Shown here one piece after another: positions 1 to 11,880 of a DNA stretch of 64,000 nt; positions within the stretch are counted from its first letter, which is position 1; each line of letters opens with the position of its first letter. The position numbers were made by a program, and so were the translations under genes. Where the stretch lies: the NCBI GenBank assembly GCA_951406725.2, contig OX597838.1, positions 496,001-560,000 on the forward strand, read 5' to 3'. The DNA is from Octopus vulgaris. Its lineage: Eukaryota. Below the pieces are notes generated by a model that was not told the DNA's origin, ran no database searches, and was given only the letters and a program-made list of their open reading frames with translations.

Positions 1-316
1 AGGACATCAAGCCATACAAAAACATCTGCCTAAATAAACTTTGACCAACCCTACAAGCAAGAAGCAATGAACCTTAAAACAATATATACTAAAGTCGGCA
101 CAAGCACTTCCACACATTTATACAGGACAGAACTTCCAGCTCCAAACTGATTCACACGAGGCTTCAGTTAGCCATGCAATGGGACTGAACCCAGAACCAA
201 GTGGTTGAGAAGCAAGCTAGGCAATCCCTCATCAAATATGTATAGCAGTAATGGCTATATAGCCTAATGACCACTGAGCAATGGAACAATGTGTTGAATC
301 TATAAATGGTACGTAC

Positions 317-446
317 TTTCACGAGCTGGGTGAGCGTGAGGGGATAATTCTCAGAAACCACAGCAAGTAACAAACTACGATGTAATTCTTTCAGGGTTGA
401 CCCAAGAACAAGGGAGAATGGCATGAAAGCAGTTCGGACTTGATCA
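317..446 (-). CDS. HEATR6: HEAT repeat-containing protein 6, coding exon 10 (gene continues beyond left edge)
   Basis: AG acceptor (+ ct 447-448), GT donor (+ ac 315-316); 130 nt, phase 2 in, 0 out; DQVRTAFMPFSLVLGSTLKELHRSLLLAVVSENYPLTLTQLVK resembles vertebrate HEATR6 'AFTPFS..IRELHRCLLLAL' as recalled. Confidence 0.88.
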
Positions 447-634
447 CTGAAAATGAAAGAAAGAAAGAATGAAAACAAAAAGCAAAGAATTTTAGAGATA
501 CTTGTTGATATATATGTTGTAGAATTCTCAAAGAATTACTATTTCAATAAAATATAAACAACATTTGGTAAAGATAAGTGTTAATAGCATCACTCGCTTT
601 CACACACACACACACGCACACACTCGTGTGTGGA

Positions 635-702
<68 letters not shown>

Positions 703-1171
703 AAATTATGATAAACACTGACTGGATAATGGTAATCTATGTAGAGCTCTAAATCATGTGACTGTATATACAAGACAGACAGACAGAGTCATACATACAT
801 AAACAATCAGTATATGACTTATTAAACAGAGTTCAACAAATTCGTTCATCTTTATGTAATGGAGGAGATTCGATGTTAAAATGGATTCTAGTCTTTTATT
901 TTGCATGTTGCTATACAATTTGTTTCATAGAAAAAGACTCAAACATTCATAAACAGAAAATCGCAAAAGTCATATTTGTACTTGTCAGTAGCTGATATAG
1001 AAACTAAAAAGTACAGAGATTGTCTCTTAGTTACCATTTTAGAATTAACATATTCATACTTGGAAATAATTCCAATTAAAGGATGAACTTACATTCATCC
1101 AATAGAAAAAAATATATGATATATAATATTATATATATATATATACATACATGACTTTAGGTAAAAGAAAA

Positions 1172-1347
1172 TACAGGATGATCAGTTAATTATGATTTTG
1201 TTCAACATATTCCCTTCTCAGATTCACAAACTTATTGCAGTGGTCCTTCAGTTTTCCTAAGCTCTGTAAAAGAACTTAGAAGATTGGGCTTCCAACCAGA
1301 CTCTCTGTGATACCTTTAAAACCAGGAACTTTTCAGCACCACCTCAT
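1172..1347. mobile_element. Short Tc1/mariner-like non-autonomous remnant
   Basis: Ends in aacttttcagcaccacctca, resembling a mariner TIR; sits among TA/TG microsatellites. Confidence 0.35.
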
Positions 1348-1360
1348 GTGTGTATATATA

Positions 1361-2380
1361 TCTTTATATATATAAAACTGAGAATGTGTGTCTGTCTGTC
1401 TGTGTGTTTCCCTAAAACTTGAGAACTACACAACCAATTTCATTCAAATTTTACACATGTCTTACTTAGGGTCCATGTAGTTTCATGGGCAAAAAAAATG
1501 TTCAACTTCTTGCCTAGAGCGAGCCCATAGCAATATCATATCTTCTCCACTATTTCAGTATTACGTGTTAAAAGCGAAACAAAAACATTTCTCTATTTTA
1601 TGTCAGATACTTTCACTTTAACAATAAAAATAATAATAACAATAGAATTATATGTAGTAAGTAATAATTAAAATCAAACTAAAGTATAATATAATCGTAA
1701 CATAACAAAAGTAAAAATAGCAGTTGGTATAAAATTGCATCAATGACTTGAACTTGAATAAGTGGTTTCACATGAATGGGAATAAATTAAGAATAAAATT
1801 AGCGTTCAGAAATGGAATAGTCCAGATGGATAATAAAAAATTAAATTAAAGAAAAGACTATTGTCTATAAAGTATACAATGTAGAGATAAAAGATTTGAA
1901 CACATGGAGGAAAGCACCTTCGAAAAGTGTCATGGTGCGACTATGAAAAATATCTAATCAGAGGCGGTAAATTCGCCACAATAGAAGCAAGGTTCGAGTC
2001 AACGGAGCGTGCAAGGGAGTACTCGACTCGAACCTTGCAAAGTGGAAATATTTTATTTTTACCTTTATATCTGGGACGTAGGATGTGCTGGAAAAAAATT
2101 TTAAATGCCCCCCACACAAACATACACCAGAAGTAGAGGTAGGCTGGATTGTAGCCACACTTCTATACAAGAGGGAGGACAAGATACAATTGATCAAAAT
2201 TACAAGAGACGGGCTAACAATTCCAGTCTGTTATATATTTTGAGTATTGTTATCACTAGCAATATCAAGATACAACTTTGTATTTCGTATTTTATGTGTA
2301 GATATATATATATAGATGTACATGTAATATGTACACATATATACATGCACTAGCACTATGACCCGGCAACGACGAGTCTT
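1361..2380. mobile_element. Helitron-like non-autonomous fragments
   Basis: 5'-type end tctttatatatataaaa...(tgtc)n at 1361; 3'-type end on minus strand cgtcgttgccgggtcatagtgCTAG at ~2350-2378. Confidence 0.4.
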
Positions 2381-2428
2381 TAATGCTAGTCATTTAATAA
2401 ACGTAGTTACAAAAGAGTTACTAACAGG

Positions 2429-2548
2429 TTCATGCTTTAGAGATACCATAAATTGGCAGAATTATATAATATGCTATGTATTTCCAAGCTTGGAGATCCA
2501 TGGCAGGTTATACAAATTTGCCAATTTATGGTTTCTCTAAAGCATGAA
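2429..2548. repeat. 120-bp spacerless palindrome
   Basis: 60-bp arms centred on AAGCTT (2486-2491), 9 mismatches by manual alignment. Confidence 0.9.
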
Positions 2549-2638
2549 ACTCTAATGTAAATTGTGCTTATAAAATGATATTTATTTTTCACTGGATGGA
2601 GGACCTTTTTTGTTGATCCCACTTATAATGTGATAGTA

Positions 2639-2678
<40 letters not shown>

Positions 2679-2856
2679 GTGTGTGTGGGTGTATGTATAT
2701 ATATTACTTTAATATCAGCACTAAGCAGTGTTTAGGCATAGGAGAACTTTAGGTTAGTTAAAATATGTTAGTGACACAGTTAAAGACACTGAGACTATAA
2801 CTGCTATGTATAGATTGTTTTGTTTTTTACTGAAGTCAACATAACAAATGACTCAC

Positions 2857-2933
2857 GTGTACTCAGCTGCAGCCAAGAAGGGTCTTGTGCCCTCAATAAG
2901 GGCAGAAAGTGCACCAAGAGCACCAAGTCGACA
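2857..2933 (-). CDS. HEATR6: HEATR6 coding exon 9
   Basis: Canonical ccag|...|gtgagt boundaries; 77 nt; CRLGALGALSALIEGTRPFLAAAEY(T); phase fits exons 8 and 10. Confidence 0.88.
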
Positions 2934-3048
2934 CTGGTAAGAGAAGAAAAGAAATTTAATTGATTCTATATCTAAGAGATGAGGAATTATGTACATTATT
3001 TATATTATGTATTTTCGACGTATATTTGTCCTCACCTTGTTTGTTGTT

Positions 3049-3094
3049 AACATAACGTTTCGGCTGATATACCCTCCAGCCTTCTTCAGGTGTC
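3049..3094 (-). ncRNA. Hammerhead ribozyme motif (copy 1, sense to HEATR6 pre-mRNA)
   Basis: Minus strand: GACAC-CTGAAGA-A-GGCTG-(GAGGGTATAT)-CAGCC-GAAA-CGTT-ATGTT; palindromic AACGTT; stem I has one mismatch. Confidence 0.55.
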
Positions 3095-3288
3095 TTGGGG
3101 AAATTTCGAACCTGGGTTCTCATTCCAAAGGTATTTTTCAATGTTATTATTATTATTGTTCAGGTCACTGCTTGGAATCGAACTCAGAATCTTGGGGTTA
3201 GTAGGCCGCACTCTTAATCCCTATGCCATATGCCCATGGGCATATGGCGTACCTTAGGAATGAAAACCCAGGCTCGAAATTTCCCCAA

Positions 3289-3334
3289 GATACCTGAAGA
3301 AGGCTGGAGGGTATATCAGCTGAAAGGTTATGTT
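3289..3334 (+). ncRNA. Degenerate hammerhead ribozyme motif (copy 2)
   Basis: GATAC-CTGAAGA(3294-3300)-A-GGCTG...CAGCT-GAAA(3322-25)-GGTT-ATGTT; inverted counterpart of copy 1 with mutated stem III. Confidence 0.4.
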
Positions 3335-4070
3335 AACAACAAACAAGATGAGGATAAATATCCGTTGAATGTAAATAATGTAAATTTAATTGATGTCATG
3401 GAAACAAGTCATAAATAGCAAAATGTTGACATGAAAGTGAACACTAGTCTTCTGGTTTTACTTGTCTTGTTTGTTTTTTATGTTCCATTCTGTATAGCAG
3501 ACCATTCTGTCCCTGGACATTTTCTGTAAGGAATCAGATTTTGTTATAAAAAGGGTTTATTGCCTCCTTCACCAATCATGTCACATCCGGTGTAGGGGAA
3601 CGTGCTGTTGCTGCATTCACCATTTGTCAGTAAATTCCTGGGGCCTTCTTGGCAACCTGTTGAGCAGAGTCCCGGTCAGTCCTTGTCTCTAAGAGATACT
3701 ATCTCATCTGCCATGACCACATGGCATGTGGTCAACCCATTGAGATCCTCAGTGAAGAGGACATGGTAAGCAGGGTCAAACTCAGAAAATCAAGCACCAT
3801 GGCCAAACGTTCTGAGTTGGCAGTCTGGAATCATGCAAGTAACAAGAGGCATCCCAGTTTCTGAGGAGAGTCATTGGGTGGATACGAAGTTTGACCAATG
3901 GTAAAGCATAATCCTGCAAAGTAACCTGGTACCAAAAGAGTTGAGGCAGGTCATAAGGACCCTGGACAGTTTCCAGTCCATCCCTTTTTATAGGGCAAGG
4001 GTTGCTGTCCACTGCCACTTCATGATCTTTCTCATGTTGCATCATAGATGAGGGGAAAGAGAGGGAGAGA

Positions 4071-4126
<56 letters not shown>

Positions 4127-4702
4127 CGAGCTAAATACTTGATTGGTATTTTATTCATCCAGAGATGATGAAAGGTCAGCTAGACCTCAGTGGGATTTGA
4201 AGCCCAGACAATTGGATTAAATACCACAAGATAGTCTATCTGATGCTCTACAAACTCAGTCAGTTTTGCTGTCCTTTCATAAATTCACGCAAACTTTACG
4301 AGAAATTTCCCTTCATTATTATCAGACTTTATTGAACTTAATTGATTCCCAAAACACAATCCAACAAAAATGAAGTGAAATGCTTATTTGTAAGGTTTGG
4401 GGTTTTCCAGTTTAAAAATTCATTTTGTTTTCATTGCAAAGTTTGTCAGATATATCTGACACATCCTTATTTGTCAAACTCTTCTTTGCAGGCCATTGTT
4501 CAGTGTTAAAACAATGTTAAATATTTTATTACAACAAACACACTTCAATAGGCAGGGTATTAACAGACATAGCTGGGTAGTTGTGCCAGGGAGACAATGG
4601 TCAGTTTTAGAAAGGAAGACAGTGTTCAGACTGAATGTTCTAGAATTTTTCACTCCAAGAGATTGAATCAAAGGGATAAAGAAGAAAAGATGATGGCCTT
4701 AC

Positions 4703-4825
4703 CTTGGGCGATGGGTCTCGTAAAATAATGGTGAGTATAGAGCGGACTTGTTGAATATTCCCAGCAATAGGAACGTCAGGAACAAAACACATCCAGTAAC
4801 CAAAGATTACTTTGCGATCTGTAAA
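4703..4825 (-). CDS. HEATR6: HEATR6 coding exon 8
   Basis: catag|...|gtaagg; 123 nt; FTDRKVIFGYWMCFVPDVPIAGNIQQVRSILTIILRDPSPK, matching the HEATR6 'GYW..F.PD...L.DPSPK' motif. Confidence 0.92.
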
Positions 4826-5345
4826 CTATGAGAAGAAAGGCCACAGTGAAATGGTATCCATTGATGATATTGATTGATTCTTTTTTTAAAGAAGCATGGT
4901 GTTAAGTCCACTGATCCAGCAGGCCTACAGTCAGAGGCAAGCCAACCATGACTATCCAGTCCTATCTAGAACTAATTAGTCAATATGTTCTAGTTTTTTT
5001 AAAACAGGAGGGTGTAGTTTTAGGGTGATTTAGCTGCTGCTTCTAGCAGGTCAAGCATACAAAGAGACATAGAGCATTGGTATAGAATATATGTATGTAT
5101 ATGTGTATCTATGAATGAGTGTGCATACTTGTATGAGTGTATATGTGTATGTATATACACCTAACTGGACTGTGGCCATGCTGGAGTAGTGCCCTGAAGG
5201 GTCTAGTCAATCCAATCTACCCCAGAACTGATTTTTACGGTGAATAACATATTCTATCAATCTCTCTTTTGTAAGACCACTAAGTCACAAGGAGGCAAAC
5301 AAACCAAGATGGGTTTTGGAAGAGGTAAAACACACACACACACAA

Positions 5346-5480
5346 TAGACTGCCCCTGTTTCTATCAATCAAATCGACCGACAGGTCATTGATCAGCCTG
5401 GGGCTATAATAGAACCACCTATCTAAGGTGCCATGCAGTGGAACTGAACCCAAAACTCATAGCTTCTTAACCACACATCC
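5346..5480 (-). mobile_element. tRNA-derived SINE (family B), degenerate
   Basis: Similar to copies at 17745 (+) and 57887 (-): tggttaagaagc...gggttcagttccactgcatggcacctt. Confidence 0.55.
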
Positions 5481-5773
5481 ATGCCTATATAATTAAATGT
5501 ACACACACACACACGTGTGTGTGTAAGACATTAGGTCACAACTGTTAAACAATCCAATATTCAGTTGCTCAATGTGCTTGAAATAGCAGCCAAATGTTCT
5601 TCAATCCCATCCTGCCAAAGACAGAATGTACAATGTTAGTTTCTAAACATACAGAAAGGTCATGGCTGGAATACTTCTGATTATGGGTCTACTCAATGAA
5701 ACTGACCCAGGGCTAAATAACAACAGCTGTAAATCAGGTAAAAACTGATCAAGAAGTCTCAAGTATGGATTAC

Positions 5774-6235
5774 CTTAAAGATGATATATAAAGTTCCGAG
5801 AGCAGCCTGTCGAACTTTGATGTAATGAGATCGGTGTTTCCCGCCGACCTGTGAAGTATCAGAGTCAGAGAGTTCGGACTCAGAGCTACTCACATAGCCA
5901 CGCCCACTCAACTCGTTGTTCAGGTGAAAGTTTCCCAGAAGGTTACAAAGAAGAGGGTCTTCGATGGTGTTACTGAGGTCACGACTTAGTAAGGAAGATG
6001 GAAACAATGAAAAGCTATTGCCATACTGGACATCGTCCTCTGTGTCTTTGGGATTGGACTGGCGTCTGGGCACCAGTTTCTTTTTCTTCTTCTTCTTCTG
6101 AGGTTGTTTCCCAGTTGTGTCCACCTTGGCTGAGTTGTTACTGGACACAGATGGATTGTATTGACTCATTGGAATCGGGTAAAGAGTCTGCGGAGTGGTG
6201 AGTGGGTAACTGGCCAAACCATAGAACACATAATT
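5774..6235 (-). CDS. HEATR6: HEATR6 coding exon 7
   Basis: tccag|AAT TAT GTG...ATC TTT AAG|gtaatc; 462 nt; contains LYPIPMSQY, poly-K and SSSESELSD...KVRQAAL typical of HEATR6. Confidence 0.92.
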
Positions 6236-6383
6236 CTGGAAGAGAATACTGGCAATTAATTCACTGAATTATTAACTGTGAGTAAATATAAGGAGAGAAG
6301 GGAGTGAAATAATCATTGTGGTGGAGAGAATAAATATCAGAGATTTCAGTAAGAACATAAAGGCAAGAGTAAGAAGCTTTTAC

Positions 6384-6479
6384 CCAGACAGCTGACAGTA
6401 AAAGTCCAATGGTTTCAAGAGGGACTGAACGTGTAGCTAAAACGATATTGTGTAGACCTCTTAATGTGTGACACAGGAT
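6384..6479 (-). CDS. HEATR6: HEATR6 coding exon 6
   Basis: tttcag|...|gtaaaa; 96 nt; ILCHTLRGLHNIVLATRSVPLETIGLLLSAVW. Confidence 0.85.
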
Positions 6480-6837
6480 CTGAAAAATGTAAAATATAAA
6501 CAAACATGGAAAAAACTTATTAGAATTCTTTGAGTAATGCATATTACTTAATGGAATGGAATACAAGTAGAACACTGACTTTATTAATGGTAAGAGTACA
6601 GGGTATGGTCAGTTGATGGTCCCCTCATGGAATACAGAGAAGTCATGGATCCCCTCCATAATATGACACCTCTTCCTGTCCCTTTATCATACATGAGCCT
6701 CTCAACAGCAGGTATAAACTCACCCTCCGCCTCAGTCGAGGGGTCAAGACTAGTGAATTATGGATGTTAAATGACAATGATGATATCATATGAACTCTGA
6801 TCTTTGGTCACATGGTAAATATCAGATAATGGTATGG

Positions 6838-6880
6838 TGTACGTGTAAGTGTACGTGTAAGTGTACGTGTAAGTGTGTAC
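6838..6880. repeat. 12-bp tandem repeat (gtgtacgtgtaa), ~3.5 copies
   Basis: Directly visible. Confidence 0.85.
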
Positions 6881-7751
6881 ATACAAACATATATTATTGT
6901 CCAAACATAATGTATGTTTTGCTTGTTTGCCAGATCACTGTAGAATAGCACTTTAGAGATAACTCCCTCATAGCACTGGGTGTTAAAACACCTGAAAGTC
7001 ATAGACAGGTGAGACAACTCACCTCCATCCCATTCAGGTGTGACAGATACCAATATTTTATCATTTTGGTGGCTTATCAACATGTACCTGAATCAGACCA
7101 GAGACAAACTGAATTGCTGCTCTCTCTCTAAATATAAAAGGATACATAATGTGACAGTTTTATGGCATTTTAGTGCCATTCCTTTTGTTTCCCCAATTTG
7201 ATCTAAAGATGGACACTCAACTTTAGTCCAAATCATTAATTAGGGGTCGGAAGGGTGATGTGTTGTGGTGTTCTTGCACTACTTTTTAAAGTTATTTGTG
7301 ATGAGAATCAATAAACTTAAAATTAGGGAGTTGTGTGGTTGTGGTCTCCTTGCCAACCATTGCTGATCATTTCAAACCTCTTCCTTCTTTCTCCATTCTA
7401 GATGAATCAGATACCAGTAATACATTGGGATTACAATAATTCACCAGTTGCACTGTTCTACAATATTAGAAGCGGGAGCAGCAACCTGTTCAAGACATCT
7501 AGGTATTCATGTTAAGGTATGGTACCTTGATATAGCTGGATATTAACGTACCTCAGTGTACCAGGATGTCTATGTTCAGGTGGTGTACCTCCAATAAGGA
7601 TTCAGTGATGGTGGCCACACATGACCGTAGTGTTGCTCAAGCAGACCTAATCCAAGAAATTCAAAAGTGATTGAACACCACCAGCTGCCCCTCCCTCTAC
7701 AAAGGTACCTAATTAGCAGAGTGTGAAGTGGTACTGAAGGGTCATACATAC

Positions 7752-7866
7752 TCTACACTTTGGTAGGATGTCCATAGTTAAACCTGGAATGTCATAGAGG
7801 ATCTTCAAGAAAATATCGATGCATGCTGATACATATTTCTCCTCCATGTATGGGGAATTTCCTGAC
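7752..7866 (-). CDS. HEATR6: HEATR6 coding exon 5
   Basis: tttcag|...|gtatgt; 115 nt, phase 2 in; SGNSPYMEEKYVSACIDIFLKILYDIPGLTMDILPKCR (cf. 'PYLEEPY...CFQAFLTIL'). Confidence 0.85.
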
Positions 7867-8523
7867 CTGAAATTAAAAATGCAGAAAAAGATTCATTATT
7901 TAGCCAAAAGTCCAAAGGTCAACACAATAAAGACCAAAGTACTAATGAATAAGAGATTTTACATAATTACAACGACATCTGGACAAGGGGACTTGCTTGG
8001 TTTGTAACAAGGAATTGTTACAATTGAGTCAAAGCCAGAGTAGGGTCTCTGAGAGAGAGAACCAGGATTTCACATATAATATTACGTTGAGGAATAGTTA
8101 TAAATCAGGGCTCAAGGCAGCTAATTAGAAATAGCAGATGGTTGTTTCTGTTAGCTGGGTTCCTAATTTGGGGTGGAGATGGTTACATGGTTGCAACAAT
8201 AACAAAAGAAATGAATGAATAGAAATGAAGGCAGAAGTTTAGAAAGTTCTTAACTGTGTTGCTAAGGAAAGGGTCTCCTTTTGGGAAGGCTTTATAAGGT
8301 AAAGAAACCAACTAGATTTAAAAAGAACAAAAACAATGGTAAATTGGCAAAAATTAACTTAAATTCTCCAGCAAAAGATCTGTCTGTGTGTTGTGATGGG
8401 ATGTAAGTTGTGACATCATTTCAAGTAAGTTGTTATTTTATGAATTTAATTAGGCCGGGATATAACATTGAATATTACATAGACAACAAAGCTGTCTTGC
8501 CTAGAAACAGCTCCAGTTTGACC

Positions 8524-8622
8524 TATATGTGATATAACATTAACGACTATATGATAACAGTAAATGTTATATGTGATATAATACTAAAGACTGTATCATA
8601 ACAATAAATATTATATGTGATT
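8524..8622. repeat. Degenerate 44-bp tandem repeat, ~2.2 copies
   Basis: tatatgtgatata... recurs with a 44-bp period just inside the intron after HEATR6 exon 4. Confidence 0.7.
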
Positions 8623-8644
8623 AATAAAATGTCGTTTTCCGTAC

Positions 8645-8754
8645 TTGAGAGTAATGTTCTCTAGGCAACAGAGGAGTCCTTTCAATACGCCATCTTCTGT
8701 CGACTCACACAACTCTACAAACAAACCAGTCTCGCCCAGCAGCAACTCATAGAA
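8645..8754 (-). CDS. HEATR6: HEATR6 coding exon 4
   Basis: tttcag|...|gtacgg; 110 nt, phase 2 out; FYELLLGETGLFVELCESTEDGVLKGLLCCLENITL. Confidence 0.85.
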
Positions 8755-9234
8755 CTGAAAGAAAAATACAATGAAAGACAATTATTGTTATTATTAAATT
8801 GATGGAATTGTTGTTTAGCTTCAGATCAACCCTGACTGAACAAAACTACAAGCAAGGCCATTTCAACCATGACCATCCTGTCATTTTAGGAATATAGAGA
8901 ACTACGTTGTCTAATGTGTGGTGTCCTCATATAAAACAGCAGAATGATTCGAGAGGCATTTGGCTGTTATTTCTAGTAGATCAAGTGACCATGCAAAGAC
9001 TCTGACATAGCAATTGATGACATTAAAAAAGTTTTTACTTTCAATTCTCTTTATTCTTAGTTCAAATCCTAGCTCTTCCTCTAATCTTTCTGGGACCAGA
9101 ACACTAAGCATACACTCCCTCATCACTTATTTGTGTTTCAAGCCAATGACAGGACATCCACATGTCACTCAACTTAATGGAAATAGCAGCTAAATCTTCT
9201 TCCTATCATATCCTGCTATTTTAGCAAAGAAATG

Positions 9235-10232
9235 TGCAGAAAACAGCCTCCATCACATGCCAGGGGGAAAAACTAGAAAGAGTTGATAGCTTCCGTTACC
9301 TAGGTGACCAAGTCAGTAGCCGGAGTGGATGCTCTGAGAGTGTAGCTGCCAGAATAAGAATAGCCTGGGCAAAGTTCAGGGAGCTCCTACCTCTGCTGGT
9401 AAGAAAGGGCCGCTTGCTCAGGGTAAAAAGGAGACTGTATGATGCATGTGCACAAACAGTCATGCTACATGGCAGTGAAACATGGGTGGTGACTGCTGAG
9501 GACATGCGTAAGCTCGCAAGAAATGGAGCCAGTATGCTCCGCTGAATGTGTAATGTCAGTGTGCATAAAGAAGCATCAGATGTACTGTGCAAGAGAGACT
9601 ACTGCGTTGGTATGGTCATATGTTGCGTATGGATGAGGACAGCTGTGTGAAAAAGTGTCACACCCTAGCAATAAAGGGAACCTGTGGAAGGGGTAGACCC
9701 AGGAAGACCTGGGCTGAGACCTTTGGAGATATGCTGTGCTTGAGAAGACCTGGTAAGCTGAGACCACAATCGTGGCCTATGCCAGTGCAGCATAACCAGC
9801 CCATTTAAGAGTATGCTTCAATCATTGGGCAATATACTGCGCTTGCAAAGACCTGTTGAGTTAAGTGAAGTCGTCATGGTTGATGACAGAACTGCCTAAT
9901 TGGCACCCATGCCGGTGGCACATAAAAAGCACCATTTGAGCGTGGTCGATGCCAATGCCACCTGACTGGTCCTGTGCCGGTGGCATGCAAAAGGCACCAT
10001 TCAAGTGTGGTTGTTGCCAACACCATCCGACTGGCCTTCATGCTGGTGGTACGTAAAATACACCCACTACACTCTCGGAATGGTTGGTGTTAAGAAGGGC
10101 ATCCAGCTGTTGAAACTCTGTCAGATCAGATTAGATTCTGGTGCTGTGTTCTGGCCTGCCAGCCCTCAGTCAAACCATCCAACCCATGCCAGCAAGGAAA
10201 GTGGATGTTAAACGATGATGATGATGATGATA
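9235..10232 (+). mobile_element. RTE-clade LINE, 5'-truncated 3' end (degenerate RT C-terminus, 3' UTR, (GAT)n tail)
   Basis: LERVDSFRYLGDQV...RIRIAWAKFRELLPLL...MLHGSETW; RLLRWYGHMLRM...RGRPRKTW; ends aaacgatgatgatgat. Confidence 0.88.
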
Positions 10233-10808
10233 ATGATGAAAGAACAAACTGGACAATGTGGTTCCTGATATTAAGGAATAAAAGTTGGTCATGGTTGGAA
10301 CATCTATGACAATAAATCTGCTTGATGAGGGACGACCTGAGGCTAGTCTTATAATTAAGAGAAAGGCATAGATTTGTTTGGCTGGTTTAGTGAATAGCAG
10401 CAGAGCAGCACCCATAATGCCAACCAAAGTCTCTGGGCCATTGGGGAAGTTATCTTCAAACTGAAGAACAGACCCAAAACCTTGCAACAGAGTAGACTCT
10501 GCTAAATCTAGCCAAGGGTGATAGTAAACCAGGTGATGGATCCAACCCATCCCCAAGAACAGGAATGGTCTTCAACCAGCAGGCTTCCACACCGTTTCTC
10601 ACTCACAAGACTTTGCTCAAGGTATGGCACAAAGAGATTGAACCTGAATCCATATTTCACAATGTTATCCAATGTCATATCCATTTCTTTAAGGTAGGAA
10701 ATAAGTTTGAGTTGAGAGAGTTTGGCTGCTATTTCCAACAGCCTATCTGTTCTAACAGCTTATTAATTATGCAAAAACTGAATTGTTGAGAGAGAGAATA
10801 CAACAAAC

Positions 10809-10949
10809 CTTCTTTAATCTGTTTCCATTGTCATGAAGAACAACAGCCAAAGTAGAAAGAATATCAGGAATGATTCCTTTGGGAGATTGTTCCAATCCAT
10901 GGATTAAGAAATTGGTTACTTTTAGGAAACATTTATCCTCCAATGAACC
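10809..10949 (-). CDS. HEATR6: HEATR6 coding exon 3
   Basis: tatag|...|gtttgt; 141 nt; GSLEDKCFLKVTNFLIHGLEQSPKGIIPDILSTLAVVLHDNGNRLKK. Confidence 0.83.
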
Positions 10950-10989
10950 CTATATAAAAATAAATTCATACATATATATACATGCATAT

Positions 10990-11020
<31 letters not shown>

Positions 11021-11396
11021 CCGGAGTAAACACATAAAATGTGAAACAAGGTGGAAAAAAGAGTACTCAAATACCAGAGGTAGAGTAATATGCTTTATTT
11101 CAAAGCAGCAGAAATTTAACAAAAGCTGTTACTCAGAGTTTCACGTTCCCGTCTATCATTGCAAGTTATCGGTTTGATAGGGAGATAATGGACAGTCCTT
11201 GAATGAAGGGAGTTCATTTGTGATTAATATATATTAATGCAGATATCAAAGACTTTCAAAGAAACGAAAGAAAGCATTTACATATCATTTAGAAAATTAA
11301 TATTTTTCTTGCCCTTAATTAGCTATAATTATCATAATTCCTGTAATAAGTTGTGACAAAAAGATATTTTTATTTGTAATATTTTACTTAATGGGA

Positions 11397-11607
11397 AGGC
11401 AGCGAGTTGGCAGAATTGTTAGCACGCCGGGCAAAATGCTTGGCGGCATTTCATCCGTCTATATGTTCTGAGTTCAAATTCCGTTGCGATCAACTTTGCC
11501 TTTCATGCGTTTGGGGGTCAATAATAAGCACCAGTTGAGCACTGGTATCGATGTAATCGACTTACCGCCTCCCCCAAAATTGCTGGCCGTGTGCCAAAAT
11601 TTGGAAT
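11397..11607 (+). mobile_element. tRNA-derived SINE (family A)
   Basis: aggcagcgagttggcagaa...gagttcaaattcc...actttgcctttcat...; many homologous copies in window. Confidence 0.8.
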
Positions 11608-11772
11608 TAATATTTTACCTCATGGATATAATTTGGGTTAAGGGACATAACTCGATGTTACCGTGTCAACATGGGGAGAGACATAGAGTGTCACTTGAAT
11701 CGGAATTACGACAAATATAAACATTTTTATTAATGAGAGAAAAGAAAAACAAACATTAAAAGGTTAACCTAC

Positions 11773-11880
11773 CTCTGTGTTGGTTAGAACACTAAAAATA
11801 GTGTGACAAAATTTCATCACCAGACATTCTTCATTGTATGGAATCAACATACACAGTTTACAGAGCAACTGGTTTCCTTC
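11773..11880 (-). CDS. HEATR6: HEATR6 coding exon 2
   Basis: ttccag|...|gtaggt; 108 nt; EGNQLLCKLCMLIPYNEECLVMKFCHTIFSVLTNTE. Confidence 0.85.

Larger units (their letters stand above)
2965..3381. mobile_element. Palindromic tRNA-headed, hammerhead-bearing retroelement insertion
   Basis: Arms ~2990-3133 and ~3250-3385 are inverted copies; A-box/B-box-like head on minus strand (3174-3228); flanked by direct repeat AAATTTAATTGAT (2952-2964, 3382-3394). Confidence 0.7.

Noticed and set aside
3160-3240. tRNA gene
   Set aside because: A/B-box-like motifs are present but there is no complete cloverleaf; it is the head of a repeat element
10170-10789. ORFs of 74-128 aa in HEATR6 intron 3 as extra exons
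   Set aside because: Exons 3 and 4 already join in phase with continuous HEATR6 similarity, and these ORFs show no recognisable homology
11125-11160. Hammerhead-like ACG-GGAA-CGT-GAAACTC on minus strand
   Set aside because: The CUGANGA core is absent; at most a truncated repeat end
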